Shown here one piece after another: positions 51,918 to 64,000 of a DNA stretch of 64,000 nucleotides. Source of the stretch: Octopus vulgaris (Eukaryota). The position numbers were made by a program, and so were the translations under genes. Location of the stretch: the NCBI GenBank assembly GCA_951406725.2, contig OX597823.1, forward strand, positions 62,868,001-62,932,000, given 5' to 3'. Under the pieces are notes generated by a model. It was not told where the DNA came from, made no database searches, and saw nothing but the letters and a program-made list of their open reading frames with translations. Position 1 is the stretch's first letter. Each line of letters starts with the position of its first letter.

Positions 51918-52135
51918 TAAGGGTGTGCTGAAAAACTTCCTGGCTTTGGGTAAACGAAAATACAGAAGGATCAGTTAATAATGGTTTTATTCAACATATT
52001 CCCCTCTCAGCTTCATACACGTATTGCAGCAGTCCTTCAGGTTTTCTAAGCCCCGTAAGAGAACTCGGAAGGTTGAGCCTCCACCCAGGCCTTTTGCGGT
52101 ACCCTTAAAGCCAGGAACTTTTCAGCACCCCTAGC
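51918..52135. mobile_element. Mariner-derived MITE
   Basis: TIRs gggtgtgctgaaaaacttcctggcttt / aaagccaggaacttttcagcacccc. Confidence 0.75.
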
Positions 52136-52176
52136 AACCGTATGTGTGTGTGTGAAAGAGCAAGAGAGATATATAG

Positions 52177-52229
<53 letters not shown>

Positions 52230-52784
52230 GGCCCCAGAACATAATTTGGATCTTAAAGTGAAAAAATCCCATGATTTTCTTTTTTAAAGACTGGTACTTA
52301 TTCTATCGGTCTCTTTTACCGAACTACTAAGTTACGGGGCGTAAATAAACCAACACCGGTTGTCAAGCAGTGGTGGGCGAACAAACACAGAGACAAAGAC
52401 ACACGTGCACGCGCGTGCACACGCATACATACACACATATACACATAAGGTGGAGGAGGACTTTCCATCTACGTTTTTCTATAGTTGTGAAGTTCGAATG
52501 AAATTAACCCTTACCAACCCCTTAACTCCAGGACGAGATGAGTTACTCGAAGATTTTATCTAGTCCTGGTGGTCATTTAATTTGCAAGAAATGACAGCCA
52601 AATCAGCCTAGAACCACATACTACTGCCCTTAAAAAAAAAGAAAAAGAAAAAGGGAAAACACATTAGATAATTCAATCATATATGAATTGTGTCTGCGAA
52701 GCAGAAAACGCCAGATGGAATATGATCTTTCAACTTGGGTGGGTTCCATCAAAGTTAGTATTGGGGTCATCGTAGTCACCAACA

Positions 52785-53018
52785 CCACCACCACCACCAC
52801 CAACACCACCACCACCACCACCACCATCACCACAAGCACCACAACCACCATCATCACCCCCACCCCACCACCCCACCCCCACCACAACCACCGAAACCAC
52901 GACGACGACCATCACGACCATCACGACCACCACCACGACCACCACCACGACCACCACCACGACCACCACGACCACTACGACAACGACGACGACGACCACC
53001 ACCACCACCACCGCCGCC
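52785..53018. repeat. (CCA)n/(CGA)n trinucleotide array
   Basis: Visible tandem units. Confidence 0.9.
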
Positions 53019-56000
53019 GTAGTTATTTAACCCTTTTGTCAATCCCGTTCTAGGAGAACTATGATAGAAGCATTCCAGTCCCGTTTTTTGTTGCTTCTAT
53101 ACAAAGAAGCCATTTAATATATAATTCAATGCATCATTTTCTAAGCAAGTAGGCTGTGATTTAAAAAAAGATTTGGTTCCGTGTATGCTACTTTACTACA
53201 GGAGGTGCAATGGCCCAGTGGTTAGGGCAGCGGACTCGCGGTCGTAGGATCGCGGTTTCGATTCCCAGACCGGGCGTTGTGAGTGTTTATTGAGCGAAAA
53301 GACCTAAAGCTCCACGAGGCTCCGGCAGGGGATGGTGGTGATCCCTGCTGTACTCTTTCACCACAACTTTCTCTCACTCTTACTTCCTGTTTCTGTTGCA
53401 CCTGTATTTCAAAGGGCCGGCCTTGTCACTCTCTGTGTCACACTGAATATCCCCGAGAACTACGTTAAGGGTGCACGTGTCTGTGGAGTGCTCGGCCACT
53501 TACACGTTAATTTCACGAGCAGGCTGTTCCGTTGATTCGGATCAACCGGAACCCTCATCGTCGTAACCGACGGAGTGCTTCCATCCACTTTGCTACAGAT
53601 TGAGCAACGACAAAGTAGTGTTACCCTCATTGGTGTACTTCTCTCCTTTGTTTACTTATAACTTTCAGAAAAACAAATATATCTTTATGAATTTTTTTTA
53701 CAGATATTTATCAGATGGTGTAGATTACAATTATATACGAATTTGATACAAAAGAAAGGAAGAAAGAAAGAAAAAAGAGTAGTGACCGCGCACACACGCA
53801 CTGATACGTCACAATTTTTTTCGAAATTTCAAGCTTCACTTTTGTAGATGTATATGTGATGTTTGTCAGTATTTTTCCGTAAGTTCCAATGTAGGAGTAG
53901 ATGTGTGGTAAGTAGCTTGCTTACCAACCACATGGTTCTGGGTTCAGTCCCACTGAAAGGTATTTTTCTTTTATTTTTATATTTTTTACTTGCTTCAGTC
54001 ATTAGGCTGCGGCCATGCTAACACACTGCCTTGAAAGATTTTTAGTCGAGTAAATCGGCCCCTAGAACATAATTTGGATCTTAAAGTGAAAAGATCCCAT
54101 GATTTTCTTTTTTAAAGACTGGTACTTATTCTATCGGTCTCTTTTACCGAACTACTAAGTTACGGGGCGTAAATAAACCAACACCGGTTGTCAAGCAGTG
54201 GTGGGCGAACAAACACAGAGACAAAGACACACGTGCACGCGCGTGCACACGCATACATACACACATATTCAGTATTATCTCACTTTACGAGGACCCCGCT
54301 TTACAAGACCTCGGGTTTACGAGTTTTATTTTATAATAATTATAAAAGGTTATTCAGCCATTTTGTGTGTGTGGCAACGTCACAACCTGTGGCAAAACTG
54401 GTTCTGACGCATATACATACGACGGGCTTCTTCCAGTTTCCATTTACCAAAGCTACTCGCAAGGTTTTGGTCGGCTCGAGACTATAGCAGAAGACACTTG
54501 CTCAAGGTGCAACGCAGTGGGACTGAACTCCGGACCATGTGGTCGGGAAGGAAGCTTCTTACCACCTCACCACGCCAAAAAATACCCATTTTCTCTGAAA
54601 ATTATGAGGAAAAACTCCTCTGCCCCATCCTTCATAAAAGATTTTCACAACAGATTCTAATATAATTCCATTTTTTACATCTAAAAAATATTTGTAGAAA
54701 ATTTTATTAAAAATACCTAGTTTTTTTTTTTTTATCTGAAATTTAAGAGGAAATAATGTCGTGGGGATGGGAACATACGTGTAAGGTATGTCGGTATGTC
54801 GCCCCCATTAACTCACATTACTATGGGGTTTTGATATGATGACATGAATAAATCAGAAAAGTAGAGCGCTATATTTTCTTTTCGAAAAAAAAAAAAGAAG
54901 TGCTGAATTAAATGAAGCATGACGTGAGAAATGGACTTTATAGCACATCTCAGTCTGTCTTCGCTAGGGTCTTAGCTCAAGTTCCATGATGTGTTTTAAT
55001 TATATGAAAGATAGTTTGGCTTGACACGCAAACATAACCGAGTTTATGTTCTGTGATATTAGAGACCGATTTTATTATTTTCATATACGCGCTTACTTAT
55101 TATTCTCGTGTCGTCCAGCAGTAGATGTCAGTCATCTTCACTGTTGTTGTCGTTGTTGCTGTGGTAGATGACGATGATGTTGGATGAGAACAAGGCAGAG
55201 AATAGTCAAGGAATGGCGTCGATAAAAAAAAAATTGAAAGAAAATAGAATAGGAAATAAAAAGAATTAACATCTAAGAAAAGCTAATATAAAACTTTCAC
55301 ACAATTTCTATAAAACAAATATGAAATATACCAAAAAAACCGATTCACTAGAAAAAAAAATGTAAAGGACGAAATTCAGCTCATAGTGAAAATATGACGG
55401 ATACACATACATTCTGAATGTTATTTCAGTTATATACAATCCTGTTATCTCACATATACTTTACCTTCAAGACACTCCTTTTTATATATTGCAGAAATAA
55501 TTTTGTTTTCCGTACTTCAGTAATCTCTATACGCGTCGATGTGGTATTTGTTTATCATGAAACGAACGTCTCTGTTTATCAACGAATGCATTCCAAAATT
55601 TTCACATGAATTGAAAATGATTCTACAATAATGCATGGAGAAAAAACAAGAACAAAAAAAAAAAATTCTGTGTCTGAGATTTTCCTGAATAAAAACGAAG
55701 ATGCCAGGAGAAAGAGCTCTTTATCTTTTGCTTCTTTCATTCATTGAACTGCGACCAAGCTGGGGCACCGCCTTGACGGGTTTTAATCGAACAAATTGAT
55801 CTCAGTGCTTATGATTTTGTAAGGCCTGGCACTTATTTTATCGGAATCTTTTGCCGTAGTGCTAAGTTACAGAGATATAAACAAACACAGATTGTCAAGC
55901 GGTGTATCTTTATGTGTTGGTAAACACACGCACATATATACGATGGGCTTCCACACAAGCTCTACATGATGTGATAGATTATAGAAAAAATGTATAAGGA

Positions 56001-56034
56001 ACCTGGCACGTGTGTGGCCCAGTCTACCTTAGAT

Positions 56035-56410
56035 CAGTGGTTCCCAACCTTTTTGTGATCGCGTACCACTTAGAGGTTTCGTACAGACGCCGAGTACCAC
56101 CTGGTTCCAGATAAACTCAATTCGATCAGATATCAGTTTAATCACAAGTTAGAAAACACAAATGAACTAACAACAAAGAACACAACTCAATTTAATGCGA
56201 GGGCTGAATCTGTTTCTTCTCCACCAGCTGGTCAATGCGAGGCATAACCTTGCTCACAGCGCATCGGAAATCATGGCCGGGCGCAGCATGAAGGCTCCGG
56301 CTTTTCGACTTGGTGGCCAGTAACGCTGAGAACTCCTACTTACGCTCCCACGTAGAAGGGAAAATCAGTAGCTGGGGAACAGCGTGACGGGCTAGCGTCA
56401 GGTACAAGAA
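56035..56410 (-). mobile_element. hAT (Charlie/Buster-type) 3' end
   Basis: TIR cagtggttcccaacct preceded by an NNNTANNN site (ccttagat); LLIFPST...FSALLATKSK...HDFRCAVSKVMPRIDQLVEKKQIQPSH. Confidence 0.8.
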
Positions 56411-56819
56411 AGCCATGCTTAGCATTATTTGTGATGATATAGAGGAGGAGAGTTAAAAATATTTTAGCATAGGGGTGATATTCTGAAGGGGAGCATTTTA
56501 ACTAAAGAGTGTATCTTATGTAAGGCGATATTTTTTTCCTTTGTTCATAGGAAAAATAGAAAAATAGAAAAATAAAAGTGCTGTGTATTAAGTCTATGAA
56601 ATTGTGCATAAAGTATATAAAGTGCATTAACTAATCACTATATTCCAATTTCTTTCAGTTATCAGTGAGTAGTAGATGAGCGACTATCTTTCCATACAGA
56701 CACAACACAGGCTACGCTTTCAGGATTTTGGATAAAGTTTTGAAGTTGGGATAAACTCAGTAGCTTTACTATTAATTCCGTGAAATATTCACGGGTCCCG
56801 CTAGTCCTTAATATTCCCC

Positions 56820-57075
56820 TCCTCTCTCCCCTTCCTCCTATCCTATTCTCCCCTGCTCCTCCTCCTCTTCCCCGCCGCCTTCTAGCTCCTCCTCCTCCTC
56901 CCCTCCTCTTCTCGCCTCCTCCTCCTTCCCGCCTCCTCCTCCTCCCATCATCTTCCCCGCCTCCTCCTCCCCATCCACTTCCCCGCCTCCTCCTCCCCAT
57001 CCACTTCCCCTCCTCCTCCTCCACCTCCCATCCTCCTCCTCCTCCTCCTCCTCCTCCTCCTCCTCCTCCTTCTCC
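56820..57075. repeat. (CCT)n-rich polypyrimidine tract
   Basis: Visible tandem units. Confidence 0.9.
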
Positions 57076-57296
57076 TCATCGCATATAGCTTTTTCCTTCG
57101 TGTTTCGCATGCCAGTTACCAATTATCGTATATTTCAGGCGACTGTTTTCGATTGAACGTTGTAAAACCTGACTTGAGGTATAAAGGCATTCATATTTCT
57201 ATAAAGACGGATCAGAGCGGTAATCTATAAACTACACATCACAGATATATCTACAATATAGATCAATGGATCAATCGATGGACAGCTACATATACG

Positions 57297-57334
<38 letters not shown>

Positions 57335-57607
57335 ACACACACACACACACACTAACACAAGCAGACGTATCCGGCCTCGACCAGGTTATTTACGTGAATT
57401 AACTATATCTTTATCTTTCGTCTTTCACTCGTTTCAATCACAGGACTGTGGCCATGCTGAAGCAGCGCCTTGTTTGGTTTTGGTCGAACAAATCGATTCA
57501 TCCATTTATTTTCGAAGTCTGGTACTAATTCTATCGGTGTCTTTTGTCGAACCCCTAAGTTACAAACCGACACCAGTTGTCAAGCGGTGGGGGAGAACAG
57601 ACACAAA

Positions 57608-57717
<110 letters not shown>

Positions 57718-58179
57718 CGAAGGGCTTCTTTTAGGTTCGCTCTACCAAATCCACTCACAGAGCTTTGGTCGGCCCGGGGCTATTAGAGAAGGAACTTGCC
57801 TAATGTGCCACACAGCGGGACTGAACCCGAAATCATATGGCTGGGAAGCAAACTTCTGCGTTACAAAGATGCAAACGATCTTCAATCCTGAAATGTTGAT
57901 TCAGCCAGAATTTTTACAGATAAGCCGTCCAGGAGATGGTTCAAGTTGAACTCCAGCAAAATGTGTTTTACATACAAATATGGAGCATAAAATATAATTT
58001 GATTCCAGCATTTAAAAAAAAAATGTTTTCTGGGAAAATACTAAAAATACTTTTTCAAAAAATCACTTTTCTAATCGTTAACTCCCCACAGCATATAGTA
58101 ATGTATGGCGGTAAACCTATCGACTCTTAAATCCAGGAAGTTTTCAGTATCCCATCTTACACACAAACATACAAACATA

Positions 58180-58276
<97 letters not shown>

Positions 58277-58629
58277 ATATACATTTGAGGAGATGCTGAA
58301 AAGTTCCTGGCTATAAGGGTATCTCCCTCACACACACACACACGTCATGTGTGCTTGTGTATGCACATATGTATGTATGCATATATGTATGTGTGTGTGC
58401 ACGTATGCATGTAAGAATGTATTCTGCATATTCATGTGTTTGTGTGTACATGTTTGTGTGTTTGTATGTGTGTGTGTGCTTGTCTGTCAGTATTACCAAT
58501 GTATCTGTTTATATATAGACCCATTTACCTACCCATACATGTATGCATATATACATACATACATACATACATACATACATACATACATACATACATACAT
58601 ACATACATACATACATACATACATACAAT

Positions 58630-59226
58630 GTAGAGATAAATACTGGAATAGCTTACAGAGAGTTTGTGACAAAGCAAACAGAGTGAACACATGGTACAGG
58701 GCTGACAAATATCAAAGATTGGTATCTGTAGAGGCCATACCCAATAGGGAACTAGTCCGTAGATTTAGAAAAGCTCTGAAGTAGATCAAACGCAACATTA
58801 CTCAACATTATGATCGTTGAAAAGCCAGGGAGCTCCATCAGATCTCAGTTATGTAGGACGTGCCCCTTTGAAAATATCACATTCACTAATGAGAACTGAG
58901 TGGTATGTAAGATTAACCCTAGCATTAACGGTAGAATTAGAAATGTAGTCTACAGCATATGGTGCATAGAGGATGCTTGTAAGAAGAAAAACAGAGCATA
59001 CATTGAAGAGACATCTAGGAGTATTGCGGTGAGAATAAATGGACACCTGTGGCAAAAACAGACCGTCATACTCTACCAACATTACAAAGACCAACATGGA
59101 AGCACACTTGGCTGACATAACATACGCATTTTATCCAAGCATCCGAAGGACCCATCACTCAGACAAATACAGGAGTACGTCCTCATAAATGAAATGTCCC
59201 CCGTACTAAATAGGAAATACACGTAG
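58630..59226 (+). mobile_element. Penelope-like GIY-YIG endonuclease fragment
   Basis: RNVVYSIWC...YIEETSRSIAVRINGH...IRILSKHP...LINEMSPVLNRKYT then stop. Confidence 0.85.
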
Positions 59227-59469
59227 AAGGTGGTGATACCCGTTTACCTGGTGCCCCAGCATGGCCGCGGCCTTCGGGCTAAAACATTTTAAAGGAATTA
59301 AGGATTTAAGGTACATTTGCCTGTAGGCTGTTAAGCAGGCAAATGTGTATACACAAGGGTAGGTAAATGGGTATATAGGTAAACAGACAGATACCAGACA
59401 CGTGCCGCCAGTAATTACTCAGGGTAGGCTGTTGGTGACGTTTATGTAGTAAAATATCATGAAAAGATT

Positions 59470-61605
59470 TGTCAGTATATAAAAGGATGAAAATATTTAA
59501 AAAGTTTACTTCCTAATTATATTAGCCTATTTATACAGGAAATCCATTCTTCTCTCTTTCGTAGAAATTGAAAGTAGGGTCTTGCTCCATTTTGTTAAGT
59601 ATTTCCTTTTCAATGGATATTAAAGCAAGTAACAAAAGTCTTTGATTTGTCATTCTGTTCATAGTGTAGCTCTTAATTCTTTTCAAAACAGAAAACGATC
59701 TCTCCACAGAAACAATTGTAGCAGGAACTGTCAAAATTATTGGCAGCAAATTCACAGTTTCGGGGAACTTTTAGGTCAGTTTATTTTCAAATGTTAAATC
59801 AAGCAAATTTTTAACGGATTTATCTCGAAACACTTGTGCATTGTAAATTCCAGCTAAATCCGCTTTCAATCTTATGATGTCGAAAAACTTTCCATAGTTC
59901 TTTTCTAAACTTTGAAATGCATCCTTACCAATTTGGCAAGCAAGATCTTGAAATTTATCTTCATGAACTAATGAAATAAACTTGAAATTTTGAAATCAGC
60001 AAATCTTGCTTTCATGTTCTTCAGTGTGTCATCCAAAATTACACCAAATATTCCCATTCTTTCTTCTTTAACTGAACCTTTCGTATGAGATTTTGATTTA
60101 GTTATTTTCCCTGCACCATTCTTCAAACTTTACATACAAATCCTCGAAACTTCTGTGTAGATTCTCAAGTAAATTTATTGTTCCATTAATCCTCTCAATG
60201 CAGTATGAAATATTTATCATTTTGGTTTGTAGGACATTAAAAAGAGTGTCAGTTTTAATGAAAATATCATTATAAACCAACAGGAAAAAGTATGTTGAGT
60301 CTTGTTAGCCACTCATAAAACCCATTGCTTGTCACTAAAGTATCTGGATCCCACAACATAGGATTATTGTTCACATTGTTGAAGAGTTTGCAAAGGACAC
60401 CATGGTATTGTAAAATTGTCTGGATTAGTTTTGAATTCGAACTCCATCTCGTTGGTGCTGCCTTTGAAACGCGTTTTCTCACTGTTTCATCAAGAAGTTG
60501 CGTTCGTTTTGTAGAGTGATGGAAAATTGAAGCAAGTGCCTCACTGGTCTTGAAAACGCTTCTACATTCAGTTATGAATTTTGCTGACTGAAAACAAGAT
60601 TTAACTTATGAGCATAGCAGTGAGTAAATAAAGCTGCTGGTGCCTTTTCTCTTACTTTAAGTTGAACACCATTTAAATAGGATGCCATCACTAATGCCCC
60701 ATCGTACGTCTGTGCTACAAGCTTCTCACAACAGCCGTATTTATTCAAATTATTAAATATACGCTCTGTTACACCTCCAAACAGTCCTGACCTTAAGAAT
60801 GTCAAATCCTATAAAGACTTCTTTGATATCAGAGTCCTCAATACTGTAGAACACTGAGATGTTGATGAAATATCTGTCATTTCATCCACGACTATGGCAA
60901 TAAACAAGGCCTGTGCGACTTATTTAATATTATTTTCTACGATCGTGCCTACTGTTTCTATCAAGTCATTTTGTATCTTATTAGAAAGGCCAGAAAAAAA
61001 CTGATGAATTCTGTAAATGTTGTGCAAATTTGTCATCAAATTTTGCTGTATAGTTCAGCAACTCAACATAATTTCCGCGATTTAACGATGATTTCTGTTC
61101 ATTATCTCCGCGAAAATCAAGTTCCTGTTTAATCAAAAAACAAGTAGCACAAATCAATTCTAAAAAAATATATCTCTGTTCTCTTTAACCTTTTTATTGT
61201 GAACTTCAATGCTGACAGATTTCTGTTTATCTGAGAGCAAATCGATTCGTGTAGATTAAAATATTTTCAATGATATTTGGCTTTCATAATGTGCTGCTGA
61301 TCGTTCGTGTTTACTCAAAGCAGTGGGCAAATTATTTAAATCACAATATCATTCTTTTACCCACACACTTTCACTAGATACAAAAAATAGTAAACATGAG
61401 AAACAGAAGAGCCTTTTTGTTGACGTACAGCCACACAACCATTCTTTCTTGCTGTACCAAGCATTTTGAAATGTTCTAATAATTTTTGCCCTTTTCTGTT
61501 GTTTTAGGTTCTTAAGTTCTGGTGTTGTTTTCTACCATTTTTTATAATTTGTCTCCTTTCTTCATAAGCTAGTTTTGAAAATGTCTTAAGATAGTCACTC
61601 TCCAT
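59470..61605 (-). mobile_element. Near-complete degraded hAT transposase (TTF-finger/DUF4371, Tip100/ZMYM1-like)
   Basis: In order: WLC...LFCFSCLLF, FRGDNE...GNY, IVVDEMTD, QTYDGA...HCYAHKLNL, PTRWSS, VERSFSVLKRIK; several stops and frameshifts. Confidence 0.9.
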
Positions 61606-61857
61606 TGCTGGAAAGGGGAAAAATGGAAATAAATGGAAATGAACTAAAACTGAAAGTAAAACACACAGAAAATAAGCGAAACACAGGTGCGTAACTGAGC
61701 TAGAGGTAGATTTACTTCTGCTTTTATAGCACGCATAGAAAACGGTATTGTAGGAGTGTACACGGCACGTGTACTACAGTACTACTATGCGTAGCTTATA
61801 CTGAGATTTAAAAGCAGGGGATAATTATGCCTACTTAATCTAATATATATATGTATA

Positions 61858-61921
<64 letters not shown>

Positions 61922-62003
61922 TTTTTTCAATATGTGACCGCGTGTGTTTCGTAAGCGATTTTCTTTCACCGTCTTCCCTTCCTTGGACCTTTCATTTTTC
62001 TAT

Positions 62004-62038
62004 GTTTCTGACGAAGAGCTCCGCTAGAAACGTTAATT
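62004..62038 (+). ncRNA. Degenerate minimal hammerhead, same family as 2687
   Basis: gttt-CTGACGA-a-gagc[tcc]gcta-GAAA-CGT-T-aatt. Confidence 0.45.
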
Positions 62039-62093
62039 CATCCTGCTTTCTTTCCCTCGCGTTGTTGTGTTTTCTCTTTGTTGATGTTTGGAT

Positions 62094-62146
<53 letters not shown>

Positions 62147-62573
62147 TTTATGCATAGTAACCTTCATAATTTTATTGAATTAGGTGCATATATTGCCGTA
62201 AGAGGAAAAAGTTGCTATCTCTCTATTTTACTCAAGGTAGGCACTGCCTACATTGCCAACCAGGACGGCACGTCGCTAAGATATATAGGTAAGTAGATAA
62301 TAGATAGGTACATAGGTAATACGGACAGGCAAACACACACGCAAACACATACACACAAAAGGAGATGGAAACATATGACCGTATACGCACACATTCCACG
62401 CACACGCATACACACAAAGGCACATAGGGAGATAAACATCCACACATAACAGACGCACGTACATAGTCACACAAACTCATACGCATAGACACTCAAGCAT
62501 GCACACACAAGGAGACAGAGGTACACACACAAATGCACATACAAACACAAACACAAACACACACACAAACGCA

Positions 62574-62663
<90 letters not shown>

Positions 62664-62837
62664 AAGAAAAAGGCGTGTATGGTCACGGTCCAGCGCAAAC
62701 ATTAATTTGTTTAATACACGTTTGCGTTCAAGTGTGAAGTGTATGTATATACTATTAAATGTTCACGCTTCATCTACTTGGGGTCATCAGTAACTACACA
62801 CAATCATGTTGCATTAACACACACACACACGCACACT

Positions 62838-62870
<33 letters not shown>

Positions 62871-62884
62871 ACACACACACGCAC

Positions 62885-62919
<35 letters not shown>

Positions 62920-63539
62920 TACGCACGCACTGAATACTAAATGCTTACTAAATATACAACAGCTTCCGGATCTTCGGATCTCATCAAAAATTGACGACTA
63001 AAAGTTCCAGTTGCTCAGTCAACCGAATTAAATCTAAGACCTTCTTCAGTCGCGGTGGCTATGGTTGGCTGCACATTGAAAAATCTCCGTGATGTAGATC
63101 TGGGTAAGATTTATTTTTTAGCGGAAGACTCGCAGCTGCCCCCCGGTCTTCAGAGAAGTACCGAGGCAAAGGTTTGATACTGCTTGGCACCCGTATCGTT
63201 GCAAGTGTCGCTATCAGAATGCAAAACTGCCGGAGCAGATATTGCAAGAGCAGTCTGTATGATCGCCTAATAATTCTGCTAATGCCCTGCCCTGGATTGA
63301 TATTTTATTTTAACGACTCCGAAAGGTTCAAAGGCAAAGTTGTCGTCTGTAGAATTTGAAAGCAGGACACATGGAGTCGGAACAAACAATGCGAGACATT
63401 CTGTCTCAGTCACCTGAAATACTTAACTACCTACAACTGAGAACTTCCCTGTATTGAGCGAGCCTGTTGCTAAGCATTTGCGATATAAAGTATTAAAAAA
63501 AACCCTCTGTAGTATTCCACTGATATTTATACACATTAA

Positions 63540-64000
63540 GGCTGCGAGCTGGCAGAAACATTAAGCACGCCGGGCGAAATGCTTAGTAGTACTTCGTCTG
63601 TCTTCACGTTCTGAGTTCAAATTCCGCCGAGGTCGACTTTGCCTTTCATCTTTTCGGGGTCGATAAATTAAGTACCAGTTACGTACTGGGGTCGATGTCA
63701 TCGACTTAATCCATTTGTGTGTCTTTGTTTGTCCCTTCTATGTTTAGCTCCTTATGGGCAATAAAGAAATAAGAATTTCGTCTGTCTTAACGGTCTGAGT
63801 TCAAATTCCGCTGAGATCGACTTTGCCTTTCTTCCTTTTAAATGCGGCGAGCTGGCAGAATCGTTAGCACGCTGGGCGAAATGCTTAGAGGTATTTCGTC
63901 TGCCGCTACGTTCTGAGTTCAAATTCCGCCGAGGTCGACTTTGCCTTTCATCTTTTCGGGGTCGATTAAATAAGTACCAGTTACGCACTGGGGTCGATAT
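63540..64000 (+). mobile_element. Head-to-tail cluster of SINE family A units, runs off the window
   Basis: Three gagttcaaattccgc units. Confidence 0.8.

Overview
AT-rich, microsatellite-dense metazoan DNA. The SINE and microsatellite content is most consistent with an octopus (inference). One host gene is recognisable: the 3' ten coding exons (5221-22697, + strand) of PPP1R10/PNUTS, with GFMDAL, the KSVTW RVxF motif, a long (Gly-Pro)n tract and a C-terminal CCCH finger. All ten exons join in frame; the N-terminal TFIIS-like domain must lie upstream of the window. The rest is transposable-element debris: mariner, pogo/Tigger, hAT, Helitron-like, CR1-like LINEs, several SINE families and five Penelope-like (GIY-YIG) fragments. 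The main unannotated signal is a set of type I hammerhead-ribozyme motifs from at least four sequence families. They sit in short microsatellite-flanked units and in head-to-head foldbacks. All have a palindromic helix III and an extra nucleotide after A9, and they use three different Watson-Crick pairs at core positions 3-8 (C-G, U-A, G-C). One core-intact copy lies in sense orientation inside a PNUTS intron. All ribozyme calls are manual folds; no activity is demonstrated.
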